Shown here: piece by piece, positions 24,168-34,154 of the stretch
Layout of the letters: every line of letters starts with the position of its first letter
Position numbering within the stretch: position 1 is the first letter of the stretch
Origin: Clostridia bacterium
Lineage (GTDB): Bacteria > Bacillota > Clostridia > UMGS1810
Reading direction: 5' to 3'
Assembly: GCA_045540695.1 (NCBI GenBank)
Contig: JAZQHR010000103.1
Coordinates: 5,346 to 69,345, forward strand
DNA: 64,000 bases
Notes under the pieces: model-generated
Told to the model about the DNA's origin: nothing
The model's input: the letters and a program-made list of their open reading frames with translations, nothing else
The model's database searches: none
Program-made: the position numbers and the translations under genes

Positions 24168-25151
24168 ATGAATATAAAAATTGGAATAGTTGGATACGGA
24201 AATCTTGGAAAAGGCGTTGAAAGTGCTATACTTCAAAATAAAGATATGTCACTTTACGGCGTATTTACCAGAAGAAATCCGTCTGACCTTAAGACACTTA
24301 CAGGAGCAAAAGTATATTCACTTGATGATATATTAAATCACAAAGATAAAGTTGACGTGCTTATAATTTGCGGAGGTAGTGCTACTGATTTACCAGTGCA
24401 GACGCCTGAGCTTGCAAAGAATTTTAATGTAATCGATAGTTTTGATACACATGCAAAAATTCCAGAGCATTTTGAAAATGTTGATGCTGAGGCTAAAAAA
24501 TCGGGTAAAACTGCTATGATTTCAGTAGGATGGGACCCTGGTATGTTTTCGCTTAACAGGCTATATGGCGAAGTAGTCCTTCCTGACGGAAAAGATTACA
24601 CATTTTGGGGTAAAGGGGTAAGTCAAGGACACTCGGATGCCATAAGAAGAATAGATGGTGTTGTGGACGCAAGACAATATACAATACCTGTTGATGAAGC
24701 ACTTGATGCAGTTAGAAGCGGTGCAAACCCCGAACTTACTACACGTCAGAAACACATAAGAGAGTGTTTTGTTGTAGCAGACGATAGTGCTGATAAAGCA
24801 AAAATTGAAAACGAAATCAAAACTATGCCAAACTATTTTGCCGATTACGATACAATTGTTCACTTTATTTCGCTTGAAGAATTAAAACGTGACCATAACG
24901 GTATTCCACATGGTGGTTTTGTTATAAGAAGTGGTAAAACGGGTTTAAATGGCGAACATAATCATATTATAGAGTATAGCTTAAAGCTTGATTCTAACCC
25001 TGAATTTACATCATCTGTTTTAGTTGCTTATGCCCGTGCTGTATATAGGTTAAACAAAGAAGGAATGCATGGATGCAAAACAGTATTTGATATAGCACCT
25101 GCATATTTATCACCAAATTCAGCCGAAGATTTAAGAAAAAGATTGTTATAA
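24168..25151 (+). CDS. ddh: meso-Diaminopimelate D-dehydrogenase
   Basis: IGIVGYGNLGKGVE, SVGWDPGMFSLNR, FWGKGVSQGHSDAIRRI, CFVVAD and GIPHGGFVIR closely parallel the Corynebacterium Ddh sequence as I recall it. Confidence 0.8.
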   Translation: MNIKIGIVGYGNLGKGVESAILQNKDMSLYGVFTRRNPSDLKTLTGAKVYSLDDILNHKDKVDVLIICGGSATDLPVQTPELAKNFNVIDSFDTHAKIPEHFENVDAEAKKSGKTAMISVGWDPGMFSLNRLYGEVVLPDGKDYTFWGKGVSQGHSDAIRRIDGVVDARQYTIPVDEALDAVRSGANPELTTRQKHIRECFVVADDSADKAKIENEIKTMPNYFADYDTIVHFISLEELKRDHNGIPHGGFVIRSGKTGLNGEHNHIIEYSLKLDSNPEFTSSVLVAYARAVYRLNKEGMHGCKTVFDIAPAYLSPNSAEDLRKRLL

Positions 25152-25289
25152 TATTTAATAAATATCCATTCAGTTATTGATTGGATATTTATTTTTTGAA
25201 AAAAAGTACAAAATTAAAGAAAATACTTTGATTTTTCCTATAAAAGTAGTATAATAAATATAAGTATGTCTATATAGAGGAGGTATACT

Positions 25290-26234
25290 ATGAAAAAACA
25301 TAGTTTTAGTGTTAATTTAAGTGAAATTATAAAAGAATTTCACCTAAATGTATTAAACGAAATTGAAAATTATGAAAATATTAAAATAGTAAATAATGAA
25401 ATTAACAGACCAAGCCTTCAGATTGCAGGTTTTTTCGATTATTTTGATAATACAAGACTGCAAATAATCGGTATGGTTGAAACAACTTATCTACAAAGGC
25501 TAACAAGCGAAAAACGTACCGAAGCACTTGAAGCACTTTTTAAAACAAATATTCCTGCAATTATAGTATCGAGAGGAATTACTCCGTCTGCAGAACTTAT
25601 AGAGCTTGCTACAAAATATAATACACCTGTTCTTCAAACCAGTGAGTCTACATCGAGATTTGTCAGCGGTCTTATAGCATATCTAAATCTTATGCTTGCA
25701 GAACGAGTAACAATGCATGGCGTATTTGTCGAAGTATACGGCGAAGGAATACTCATCCTTGGTGATAGTGGAGTAGGTAAAAGTGAAACTGCAATAGAGC
25801 TTGTAAAAAGAGGTCACAGACTTGTAGCTGATGATGCAGTTGAGATAAAAAAAGCATCAAACAAAGCACTTGTAGGCAGTGCTCCTGCAATTATTCGACA
25901 TTTTATCGAGCTAAGAGGCATCGGTATAGTAGATGTTAAGAGAATATTTGGTATGGGTGCTGTAAAAGATACCGAAAAGGTTGATATGGTTATTAACCTT
26001 GAACTATGGGAAGACCATAAACAGTATGACAGATTAGGTATTACTACTGAATACACTGATATTCTTGGTATAAATGTACCTGCTCTTACAATCCCTGTTA
26101 AACCAGGTAGAAACCTAGCTATGATAGTTGAAGTTGCTGCTATGAATAACAGACAAAAACGTATGGGTTATAACGCTGCAGAAGCACTTAATAATAGACT
26201 AATGAGTGAGATGGAGGGTGGTGCAGAGTTGTAA
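25290..26234 (+). CDS. hprK: HPr kinase/phosphorylase
   Basis: GDSGVGKSETAIELVKRGHRLVADD and IELRGIGIVDV signatures. Confidence 0.9.
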   Translation: MKKHSFSVNLSEIIKEFHLNVLNEIENYENIKIVNNEINRPSLQIAGFFDYFDNTRLQIIGMVETTYLQRLTSEKRTEALEALFKTNIPAIIVSRGITPSAELIELATKYNTPVLQTSESTSRFVSGLIAYLNLMLAERVTMHGVFVEVYGEGILILGDSGVGKSETAIELVKRGHRLVADDAVEIKKASNKALVGSAPAIIRHFIELRGIGIVDVKRIFGMGAVKDTEKVDMVINLELWEDHKQYDRLGITTEYTDILGINVPALTIPVKPGRNLAMIVEVAAMNNRQKRMGYNAAEALNNRLMSEMEGGAEL

Positions 26235-26965
26235 TGGATATAAAAACAGATTTACATTGCCATACTCTTGTTAGTACACATGCATATAGCACTATACAGG
26301 AGTATGTTGACAGAGCAAACAAAGTTGGGCTTGAAATGATTGCTATTACCGATCATGGTATGGGAATAGACGATTCTCCGCACAGATGGCATTTTAGTGA
26401 AATGCATTCTATAGTTCCAAATATCATTGATGATGTGTATGTATTACATGGCGTTGAGGCAAATATAATGTCGCATGACGGTAAGATTGATATGAGTGAT
26501 AAAATATTAAAAGCACTTAACTGGGTTATAGCTAGTTATCACATTCATAGCATTAAACCAGGATCAGTTGAGGAGCACACAAATGCTTATCTTAACCTAA
26601 TGGAAAATAATTATATCGACGTTATTGGACATAGCGGTTCAGTTGATTACGTATATGATTACGAAAAGGTTATAAAAAAAGCTGCTCAGTATAATAAAAT
26701 AATAGAGATAAACGAAAAAACATTTTCAACACGTGAAGCAAGTATAGAAAACTGTGTTAAAATTGCTAAACTTTGTAAAAAATATGGCACGAAAATATCT
26801 GTAAATTCAGACTCACATTTCACGTCAAGCCTTGGATATTATCCAAATTCTATTAAAATGCTTGACGAAATTGAGTTTCCAGAAGAACTGATTGTGAATC
26901 TAAACGCTAAACGTGTAATAGACTATATAAATCAAAGAAAAGACAGATTAATGTTAAAAAAATAA
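26234..26965 (+). CDS. PHP-domain phosphoesterase (YcdX-like)
   Basis: DLHCHTLVSTHAYS, AITDHG and GHSG metal-binding His motifs. Confidence 0.7.
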   Translation: MDIKTDLHCHTLVSTHAYSTIQEYVDRANKVGLEMIAITDHGMGIDDSPHRWHFSEMHSIVPNIIDDVYVLHGVEANIMSHDGKIDMSDKILKALNWVIASYHIHSIKPGSVEEHTNAYLNLMENNYIDVIGHSGSVDYVYDYEKVIKKAAQYNKIIEINEKTFSTREASIENCVKIAKLCKKYGTKISVNSDSHFTSSLGYYPNSIKMLDEIEFPEELIVNLNAKRVIDYINQRKDRLMLKK

Positions 26966-26977
26966 AGGAGACAGATT

Positions 26978-27922
26978 ATGTATATTGGAGTTGATCTAGG
27001 CGGTACAGCTATTAAGGCAGGTTTAGTTGATGATAATGGTACTATTCTTCATAAAGGTAGTGCACCTACCAGAGCTAAAGCAGGGTATCAGGCAATAGTT
27101 AGCGATATTGCAGACCTAATAAATAAAGTTCTTGAAGAAAGCAATACTTCTATAAAAGATATTAAATCAATAGGAATGGGTGCACCCGGTTCAATTGATA
27201 GCAAAAATGGTGTTATAATATATTCCGAAAACATTGTAATGAGAAATGCACCTGTGTGCGATGAATTTAAAAAATATTTTGATTTACCGGTATATATCGG
27301 TAACGATGCTAACTGCGCTGCTCTTGGTGAATATTATGCATTAGAAGAAAAAGATATAGAATGTTTTGTAGCCATTACACTTGGCACAGGCGTTGGAAGT
27401 GGAATTATTATAAATGGTAAAATTTTTACCGGATTTAACGGAGTTGCTGGTGAGTTTGGTCATACTACAATTGACAGAAACGGTATTGATTGTAATTGCG
27501 GAAGAAAAGGCTGCTGGGAAAACTATGCATCAGCTACTGCACTTATAAGAGAAACTGTTAAAGCTGCAAATGAAAATCCCGATTCAATCTTAGCGAAACT
27601 TATTGCCGAAAATGACGGTAAAGCAAATGGAAAGATTCCGTTTGATGCAGCCCAGGCTGGTGATGAAGTCGGAGCAAGGGTTGTAAATGAGTATTTAAAA
27701 AATGTCGCTTTAGGTTTGGTAGATGTAATCAATATTCTTCGCCCTGAAGTTGTTGTAATTGGCGGTGGCGTGTCTAACCAAGGTGAGGGAATGTTAAACC
27801 CTATCAAAGACTATGTATACAAACATGTATACGGAAAAGACAGCTCTGCAAGAAGTGATATCAGGGTTGCTAAGCTTGGGAATGATGCCGGAACAATTGG
27901 AGCAGCGTTCCTTGGTAAATAA
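26978..27922 (+). CDS. glcK: ROK-family glucokinase
   Basis: IGVDLGGTAIK, GNDANCAALGE and GHTTID..G..CNCGRKGCWE (the ROK Zn motif). Confidence 0.85.
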   Translation: MYIGVDLGGTAIKAGLVDDNGTILHKGSAPTRAKAGYQAIVSDIADLINKVLEESNTSIKDIKSIGMGAPGSIDSKNGVIIYSENIVMRNAPVCDEFKKYFDLPVYIGNDANCAALGEYYALEEKDIECFVAITLGTGVGSGIIINGKIFTGFNGVAGEFGHTTIDRNGIDCNCGRKGCWENYASATALIRETVKAANENPDSILAKLIAENDGKANGKIPFDAAQAGDEVGARVVNEYLKNVALGLVDVINILRPEVVVIGGGVSNQGEGMLNPIKDYVYKHVYGKDSSARSDIRVAKLGNDAGTIGAAFLGK

Positions 27923-27940
27923 TATTTGGAGGTATTAGAT

Positions 27941-28837
27941 TTGAATATAGAAAATGGTTTGCATAATATTCTTACAAGTGAATTGATACTTACAAACGAA
28001 CCTATGAAAAATCATACTTCTTTTAAAATAGGCGGTAATGCCGATTACTATGTAATGCCTGAAACAAAAGAACAGATACTTTCTGTTAGAAATTTTTGCT
28101 TGGAAAATGATGTTCCATTTTATATAGTCGGAAAAGGCTCTAATCTTCTTGTAAGCGATAATGGACTTCGTGGTGTAGTTATTAAAATCGGCAGAAATTT
28201 TTCATCATATAAAGTTAATGATGACACCATAACAGCTCAGTCAGGAATTCTTTTGTCAAAGCTTGCCAATGTTGCACTTGAAAATGAATTTACAGGTTTT
28301 GAGTTTGCATCAGGTATTCCCGGTTCACTGGGCGGAGCAGTATATATGAATGCCGGAGCCTATGATGGTGAAATGAAAGATGTAGTGATATCGACCGAGT
28401 ACATTGATAAAAACGGAAATATATGCACTGTAACTGGCGAAGAACACGATTTTTCATACAGACACAGTATGTTTTCATCTGATGACGTTATTTTAGAAAG
28501 TGCTATGAAATTTAATCGTGGAAATAAAGATGAAATATACGCATATATGAAAGATTTAAATAATCGCAGAAGAGAAAAACAGCCACTTGAATACCCAAGT
28601 GCAGGAAGTACTTTTAAAAGACCGGATGGCTATTTTGCTGCGAAGCTTATAGATGATTCAGGTCTTAGAGGATATCGCATAGGCGGTGCAATGGTTTCGG
28701 ATAAACATTGCGGATTTGTTGTAAATGTCGACAATGCGACTTGCGATGATGTTCTTAAACTAATGGATTATATCAAAGAAATAGTTATGAAAAAATATGG
28801 CGTTGAGCTAGAGCCTGAAATTAAATATCTTGGCTGA
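27941..28837 (+). CDS. murB: UDP-N-acetylenolpyruvoylglucosamine reductase
   Basis: HTSFKIGGNADY, GKGSNLLV, GIPGSLGGAVYMNAGAYDGE, SAGSTFKRP. The TTG at 27941 follows SD ggagg; the track starts at TTG 27926. Confidence 0.9.
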   Translation: MNIENGLHNILTSELILTNEPMKNHTSFKIGGNADYYVMPETKEQILSVRNFCLENDVPFYIVGKGSNLLVSDNGLRGVVIKIGRNFSSYKVNDDTITAQSGILLSKLANVALENEFTGFEFASGIPGSLGGAVYMNAGAYDGEMKDVVISTEYIDKNGNICTVTGEEHDFSYRHSMFSSDDVILESAMKFNRGNKDEIYAYMKDLNNRRREKQPLEYPSAGSTFKRPDGYFAAKLIDDSGLRGYRIGGAMVSDKHCGFVVNVDNATCDDVLKLMDYIKEIVMKKYGVELEPEIKYLG

Positions 28838-28870
28838 TAGCTACACAAACGATAGAAAAGGAGAGAAGAA

Positions 28871-29803
28871 ATGTCATTTTCTTCTGATACAAAACTTGAA
28901 ATTATTAAAAACGAAATAAGCAAGGAGTGCTGTGCAACCTCAGAGCTTCTTGCTATCGTGTGTTTTGGCGGAACAGTTGTGAAAAAGGAAGCAGGATATG
29001 TCTTGCAGATTAACACAGAAAATGCTAAAATCGCACGTAGAATGTACAATTTAATAAAGTTTATATTTAACATTAATGCAAAAATTAACGTCTATAAAAA
29101 AACTGTTAAAACATCTACATACACAGTTTTAGTGGACGACGAAAAACATATAAAACAGATACTTGTTAGATTTAATCTTATTGAAAAAAATGATTCCATT
29201 GACACATTTTTAAGCTTTAAGATATCTGATAAGCTTGTTGATAGAATATGCTGTAAAAAATCATTTATCAAAGGTGCATTTTTAATGAGTGGTTCTGTCA
29301 ACAATCCTGAAAAGAATTACCATCTTGAATTTGTTACTCATAGATTTAATATAACAAATGATTTTACAAAGATATTATCTGATATGGATCTTGAACCAAA
29401 ATCAATCATCAGAAAATCTAACTACGTATTATATTTTAAAAGTAGCGAAATGATAAGCGATGTTTTAACAGTTATAGGTGCTGTAAATGCTGTGTGGGAC
29501 ATACAAAACATTAAAATTGTAAAAGAAATACGTAATAACTCAAATAGAGTTTACAACTTTGAAGATGCAAATATGAATAAAACTATTGATGCATCTACAA
29601 AGCAACGTATGTCTATTGAAAAAATCAGAGATGCAGGTAAGATGGATGACCTTCCACCTACACTTAAAGAGATAGCTTTATTAAGGCTTGAAAACAGCGA
29701 ATGTTCGCTAAAAGAGCTTGGTGAAATGTTAACACCACCTATAAGTAAATCAGGTGTTAACCATAGACTTAGAAAATTACAAGAAATAGCAGAAAGATTA
29801 TAA
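28871..29803 (+). CDS. whiA: DNA-binding protein WhiA
   Basis: MSFSSDTKLEI...CC N-terminus, LAGLIDADG-like repeats and a C-terminal HTH (SKSGVNHRLRKL). Confidence 0.85.
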   Translation: MSFSSDTKLEIIKNEISKECCATSELLAIVCFGGTVVKKEAGYVLQINTENAKIARRMYNLIKFIFNINAKINVYKKTVKTSTYTVLVDDEKHIKQILVRFNLIEKNDSIDTFLSFKISDKLVDRICCKKSFIKGAFLMSGSVNNPEKNYHLEFVTHRFNITNDFTKILSDMDLEPKSIIRKSNYVLYFKSSEMISDVLTVIGAVNAVWDIQNIKIVKEIRNNSNRVYNFEDANMNKTIDASTKQRMSIEKIRDAGKMDDLPPTLKEIALLRLENSECSLKELGEMLTPPISKSGVNHRLRKLQEIAERL

Positions 29804-29818
29804 AAGGAGATTTTTGTT

Positions 29819-30655
29819 ATGAATTGGGAACTTGGTGCATCCACATGGGGCGATAGATATAATGATGTTAACTTCTTTGAATGTTGTCAAAAAAATGGAA
29901 TTAAATATATCGAAATTGCTCCTGCTTTCAACTACAGAGGCGTTAATGTATTATATGAAGTATATACCAGCATCGATTTTAAACAAATAAAAAGATTTGC
30001 CGACGAAACACATATCAAACTTTGGTCTTATCATCTTCCGTTTGACCCTGATGGTGCAAATCTTGTATCGCTTGACAAAGAACTTAGAAATTCTTCTATT
30101 GAGCTTTGTTGTGAGATGATCAAAAAATTTTCGGATATTGGCATTAAAATAGGCGTTTTGCATCCAAGTGTTGGTGGGTACTCTGGCGAAGATAGAGTGG
30201 AAAGGATTAAGTATTCTTCAGACTCCGTTTTTAAAATAAACCGCGTGGCTAAAGAATGTGGAGTCACTATCGCTGTCGAAAATCTTCCGCCACGCGCTAC
30301 ATCTGACAAAAGCGCTGATTTGGTAGAAATATTAAAGTGCGATGAGAGCTTAAGAGTATGTTTTGACGTAAACCACTTGTTCCACGAAACTCACAATGAT
30401 TTTATAGACGCACTTGGTCAAAAAATCATCACACTACATATTTCTGATTATGATTTTGAAGATGAAAGGCATTGGTTGCCAGGACAGGGCAAAATAAATT
30501 GGAATGAATTAGTTACGCTATTAAATAAAATAAATTATAAAGGCGTTTTTATGAATGAAATTGATGCATCGTGTTTGGGCGTAATTGATGGTGGAAAATA
30601 TTCTCTTGCTGAATTAAAAGACGCAAACCATAGAATTTTAAAAGCCAAAATATAA
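29819..30655 (+). CDS. Sugar phosphate isomerase/epimerase (xylose-isomerase-like TIM barrel)
   Basis: GVLHPS, IAVENLP, FDVNH and HISD metal-ligand-type motifs. Confidence 0.6.
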   Translation: MNWELGASTWGDRYNDVNFFECCQKNGIKYIEIAPAFNYRGVNVLYEVYTSIDFKQIKRFADETHIKLWSYHLPFDPDGANLVSLDKELRNSSIELCCEMIKKFSDIGIKIGVLHPSVGGYSGEDRVERIKYSSDSVFKINRVAKECGVTIAVENLPPRATSDKSADLVEILKCDESLRVCFDVNHLFHETHNDFIDALGQKIITLHISDYDFEDERHWLPGQGKINWNELVTLLNKINYKGVFMNEIDASCLGVIDGGKYSLAELKDANHRILKAKI

Positions 30656-30732
30656 TAAATGGAAAAATCTATTGATTTTTTTGGGAAAATATTATAGAAT
30701 ATATAAGATTATTATTCTATTTGGAGGATATT

Positions 30733-30960
30733 ATGGAAAATAATATGGAATCAAATGATTATATAGTTATTAAAGCACTTGAAAAAGGTGTCAATATTAT
30801 TGGTTTAACAAGAGGACGCGATACCAGGTTTCATCATACAGAGATTTTGGACGTGGGCGAGATTTATATAGCTCAGTTCACAGAGATAACTTCTGCAATG
30901 AAAATAAAAGGTAAAGCTATTGTATACACTAAGCATGGAGAAATCCATACTGAGGTGTAA
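30733..30960 (+). CDS. mtrB: trp RNA-binding attenuation protein (TRAP)
   Basis: [65 protein letters not shown] is near-collinear with B. subtilis MtrB ([54 protein letters not shown]...). SD ggagg gives ATG 30733. Confidence 0.85.
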   Translation: MENNMESNDYIVIKALEKGVNIIGLTRGRDTRFHHTEILDVGEIYIAQFTEITSAMKIKGKAIVYTKHGEIHTEV

Positions 30961-30976
30961 GAGTGGGTGAGTAAAT

Positions 30977-31168
30977 ATGTGGACAGTTATATATGTTACA
31001 AAAGATATAAGCCTTGCTGATAAAATTAAAAGCGAGTTTGAAAATAATAATATTCTATTTAAGATTAGAAACGTTTCTAATAGTCAGGATGGGGATTGTT
31101 ATGAAATATTAGTTCCAGAGTCTGAAATAGATAAGGCTCACGACATTATAATCAACATAGGTATTTAA
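30977..31168 (+). CDS. Small hypothetical protein
   Basis: 63-aa ORF directly after mtrB. No Cys-rich motif, so not anti-TRAP-like. Confidence 0.45.
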   Translation: MWTVIYVTKDISLADKIKSEFENNNILFKIRNVSNSQDGDCYEILVPESEIDKAHDIIINIGI

Positions 31169-31183
31169 GGAGGATTACTTAAG

Positions 31184-32155
31184 ATGAACAACATAAAGAC
31201 TATCGGGGTACTAACAAGTGGTGGCGATGCACCAGGAATGAATGCAGCTGTCAGAGCTGTTACCAGAACCGGTATAAATAAAGGTTATCGCGTAATGGGA
31301 ATAAAGCAGGGCTACAAAGGCCTTATTGAGGGTGATATTGAAGAATTAACTCTTAGAAATGTATCAAATACTCTTCACAGGGGCGGTACATTTCTTGGAA
31401 CTGCAAGATGCAAGGAATTTACTACACTTGAAGGACAGAAAATAGCCGCAGATATGTGTAGAAAATTTGGTATTGATGCAGTAGTTGTCATTGGTGGTGA
31501 TGGCTCGTTTAGAGGAGCTATGGATTTAAGTGCTCAGGGAATTTTTACTGTTGGTATTCCTGGTACAATTGACAACGATATAGCTTGCACTGAGTATACT
31601 ATTGGATTTGATACCGCTCTCAACACTGCTATGGAAGCTATAGATAAGGTTAGAGATACTATGGCGAGTCATCAAAGATGTTCTGTAGTTGAGGTAATGG
31701 GCAGACATGCCGGTTATATTGCTACTGAAGTTGCAATAGCTACTGGTGCCGAAGTTTTAATGATACCTGAAAAAGAGTATGATGTTGATAAAGATGTAGT
31801 GGGTAAGATTTTAGAAGCCAAATCAAGAGGTAAAAGCCACTATATAGTTATTCTTGCTGAAGGAATAGGTGGTGCAGGAAGACTTGCGAAAAAAATAGAG
31901 GACGATACAGGCATTATTACGCGTGCATCTGTTCTAGGATATATCCAAAGAGGCGGTAATCCTACTGTACGTGATAGAGTTATCGCAAGTAAGATGGGTT
32001 ATCATGCTGTAAATATTCTTGAAAATGTAGAAACAAGCAGAATAGTAGTATATAAAAATGGTAAAATAGTTGATGTGGATATGATCGAAGGTCTTTCACA
32101 GAAAAAATCAATTGATGAATATGAAGTTGAAATGGCACAAATATTAGCAATGTAA
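31184..32155 (+). CDS. pfkA: ATP-dependent 6-phosphofructokinase
   Basis: IGVLTSGGDAPGMNAA, VIGGDGS, GIPGTIDNDI and MGRHAG motifs. Confidence 0.95.
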   Translation: MNNIKTIGVLTSGGDAPGMNAAVRAVTRTGINKGYRVMGIKQGYKGLIEGDIEELTLRNVSNTLHRGGTFLGTARCKEFTTLEGQKIAADMCRKFGIDAVVVIGGDGSFRGAMDLSAQGIFTVGIPGTIDNDIACTEYTIGFDTALNTAMEAIDKVRDTMASHQRCSVVEVMGRHAGYIATEVAIATGAEVLMIPEKEYDVDKDVVGKILEAKSRGKSHYIVILAEGIGGAGRLAKKIEDDTGIITRASVLGYIQRGGNPTVRDRVIASKMGYHAVNILENVETSRIVVYKNGKIVDVDMIEGLSQKKSIDEYEVEMAQILAM

Positions 32156-32174
32156 TTTCAACCGGAGGGATATT

Positions 32175-33932
32175 ATGAGAAAAACAAAGATAGTTTGCAC
32201 AATGGGACCTGCTGTTAATGACATAAACACACTTAAAGAACTTGCAATAAATGGTATGAATGTTGCCAGACTTAATTTTTCTCATGGAAGCTACGAGGAG
32301 CATAAAAAACGAATTGATGATATAGTTGAGGTACGTAATGAACTAAAATTGCCTATTGCAATTCTTTTAGATACAAAAGGTCCAGAAATAAGAATTAAAA
32401 CTTTTGAAAATGATAGTGTTAATCTTGTAGAAGGAGCGAAATTCACCTTAACGTGCGAGGATGTTCAGGGAACAGACAAAAAAGTTTCCGTTACTTACGA
32501 GAACTTATATAAAGATATCTCTGTTGGTACAAGAATTTTAATAGACGATGGCTTGGTAGAGCTTTTAGTTGAAAACATTGTAAATAAGGATATAATATGT
32601 GAAGTAATAAATGGTGGAGTATTATCAAATAAAAAAAGTATAAATATTCCCGGAGTATCAATAAAGCTTCCTTATTTAAGTGAAAAAGATAAAAAAGACA
32701 TTATATTTGGAATAGAAAATGATGTGGATTTTATTGCAGCATCATTTGTAAGAACTGCTTATGATGTTTTAGAGGTAAGAAAAGTTCTTGAGCAAAACGG
32801 TGGAGAAAACATACACATTATTGCAAAAATAGAAAACAGCGAAGGTGTAAACAACATTGATGCCATAATCACTGCAAGTGATGGAATTATGGTAGCGAGA
32901 GGTGATATGGGTGTGGAAATTCCATTTGAGGATTTGCCTGCTATACAGAAACTTCTTATTGAAAAATGTTATAAAGCCGGCAAAAAAGTAATAACTGCTA
33001 CTCAAATGCTCGATTCGATGATTAGAAATCCAAGACCAACACGAGCTGAAACTACCGACGTTGCAAACGCAATATACGATGGTACAAGTGCTATAATGCT
33101 TTCAGGTGAAACCGCTATAGGTAAATATCCTGTAGAAAGTGTTATCACAATGAGTAAAATTGCAGAAAAGACCGAAAAAAGCATTAACTATAAAAAAAGA
33201 TTTCATAATCAGACAACCAATCTATTGACAAATACAGTAGCAAGTGCGATAAGTCACGCTACATGTACTACAGCTATGGATTTAGGTGCGACTGCTATCA
33301 TTACAGTAACAAATTCCGGAGTTACCGCCAGAATGGTATCAAGTTTTAGACCTGAATGTCCGATTATTGCAACTACCCCAGTTGAGAAAGTATATAGACA
33401 AATGGCGCTTTCATGGGGAATAATTCCAGTATTAAGCGAACAGCAAAAAACTATGGATGATTTGTTTGACCATGCTGTTGATAGGTCGCTTGAAACAGGT
33501 ATTATAAAAAATGGTGATTTAGTTGTAATAACCGGTGGATTACCTGTCGGAATAAGTGGTACTACAAATATTATTAAAGCACATTTAGTAGGACATGTTC
33601 TTGCTGAAGGTAAGGGTGTAAGTAATCTGTCAGTAAGCGGAAAAGTGTTTGTAGTTGATAATACAAGACATGCACTCGATGAATTTGAAACTGGAGATAT
33701 TTTAGTAATTGACAGTACAAATAACGATATACTCCCAATTATTAAAAAAGCAAAGGGCATTATTGTAGAAGAAGAAGGATTGGCATCTCACGCTGCAATT
33801 GTTGGTATGACACTTGATATTCCGGTTATAACAGGTGCTAAAGCAGCTACTTCTATTCTTAAAAACGGCACTGTTGTTACAATAGATGGTTCACGAGGAC
33901 TTGTATATAGCGGTGTGGTAAAAGTAATATAA
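32175..33932 (+). CDS. pyk: Pyruvate kinase with C-terminal PEP-utilizer mobile domain
   Basis: KIVCTMGPA, NFSHG and MVARGDMGVEIP. The C-terminal about 100 aa carry GLASHAAIVG, a PEP-utilizer-like motif. Confidence 0.95.
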   Translation: MRKTKIVCTMGPAVNDINTLKELAINGMNVARLNFSHGSYEEHKKRIDDIVEVRNELKLPIAILLDTKGPEIRIKTFENDSVNLVEGAKFTLTCEDVQGTDKKVSVTYENLYKDISVGTRILIDDGLVELLVENIVNKDIICEVINGGVLSNKKSINIPGVSIKLPYLSEKDKKDIIFGIENDVDFIAASFVRTAYDVLEVRKVLEQNGGENIHIIAKIENSEGVNNIDAIITASDGIMVARGDMGVEIPFEDLPAIQKLLIEKCYKAGKKVITATQMLDSMIRNPRPTRAETTDVANAIYDGTSAIMLSGETAIGKYPVESVITMSKIAEKTEKSINYKKRFHNQTTNLLTNTVASAISHATCTTAMDLGATAIITVTNSGVTARMVSSFRPECPIIATTPVEKVYRQMALSWGIIPVLSEQQKTMDDLFDHAVDRSLETGIIKNGDLVVITGGLPVGISGTTNIIKAHLVGHVLAEGKGVSNLSVSGKVFVVDNTRHALDEFETGDILVIDSTNNDILPIIKKAKGIIVEEEGLASHAAIVGMTLDIPVITGAKAATSILKNGTVVTIDGSRGLVYSGVVKVI

Positions 33933-33942
33933 GGAGATAGTT

Positions 33943-34140
33943 ATGAAATATATTGCATTTATTCTTTTGATTATCGGTATGATTATCGTCTACAGTTCAA
34001 AAAGAATTATAAATACTAAAGCTATCAGAAAAAGAATCAATACCGATGATGAAGAAGAATTGCTATTAAAGTCAAATGGTATTAAGCTTATTGGCTTTGC
34101 TATAGCACTTATAGGCGCAATAATAATTTTTAATATATAA
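33943..34140 (+). CDS. Small two-TM membrane protein
   Basis: Strong SD aaggaga. Two hydrophobic segments flank a charged loop. Confidence 0.5.
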   Translation: MKYIAFILLIIGMIIVYSSKRIINTKAIRKRINTDDEEELLLKSNGIKLIGFAIALIGAIIIFNI

Positions 34141-34154
34141 TTTGGAGGATTAAA

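Noticed and set aside
30950-30980. GAG triplets (ctGAGgtgtaaGAGtgggtGAGtaa) just after mtrB as a possible TRAP binding site
   Set aside because: There are only three triplets, with 6- and 5-nt spacers. TRAP sites need about 9-11 triplets with 2-3-nt spacers.
33933-34154. Looked for a T-box leader upstream of valS
   Set aside because: The interval is occupied by a well-supported small membrane-protein ORF (strong SD). It contains no T-box consensus or specifier/antiterminator architecture.
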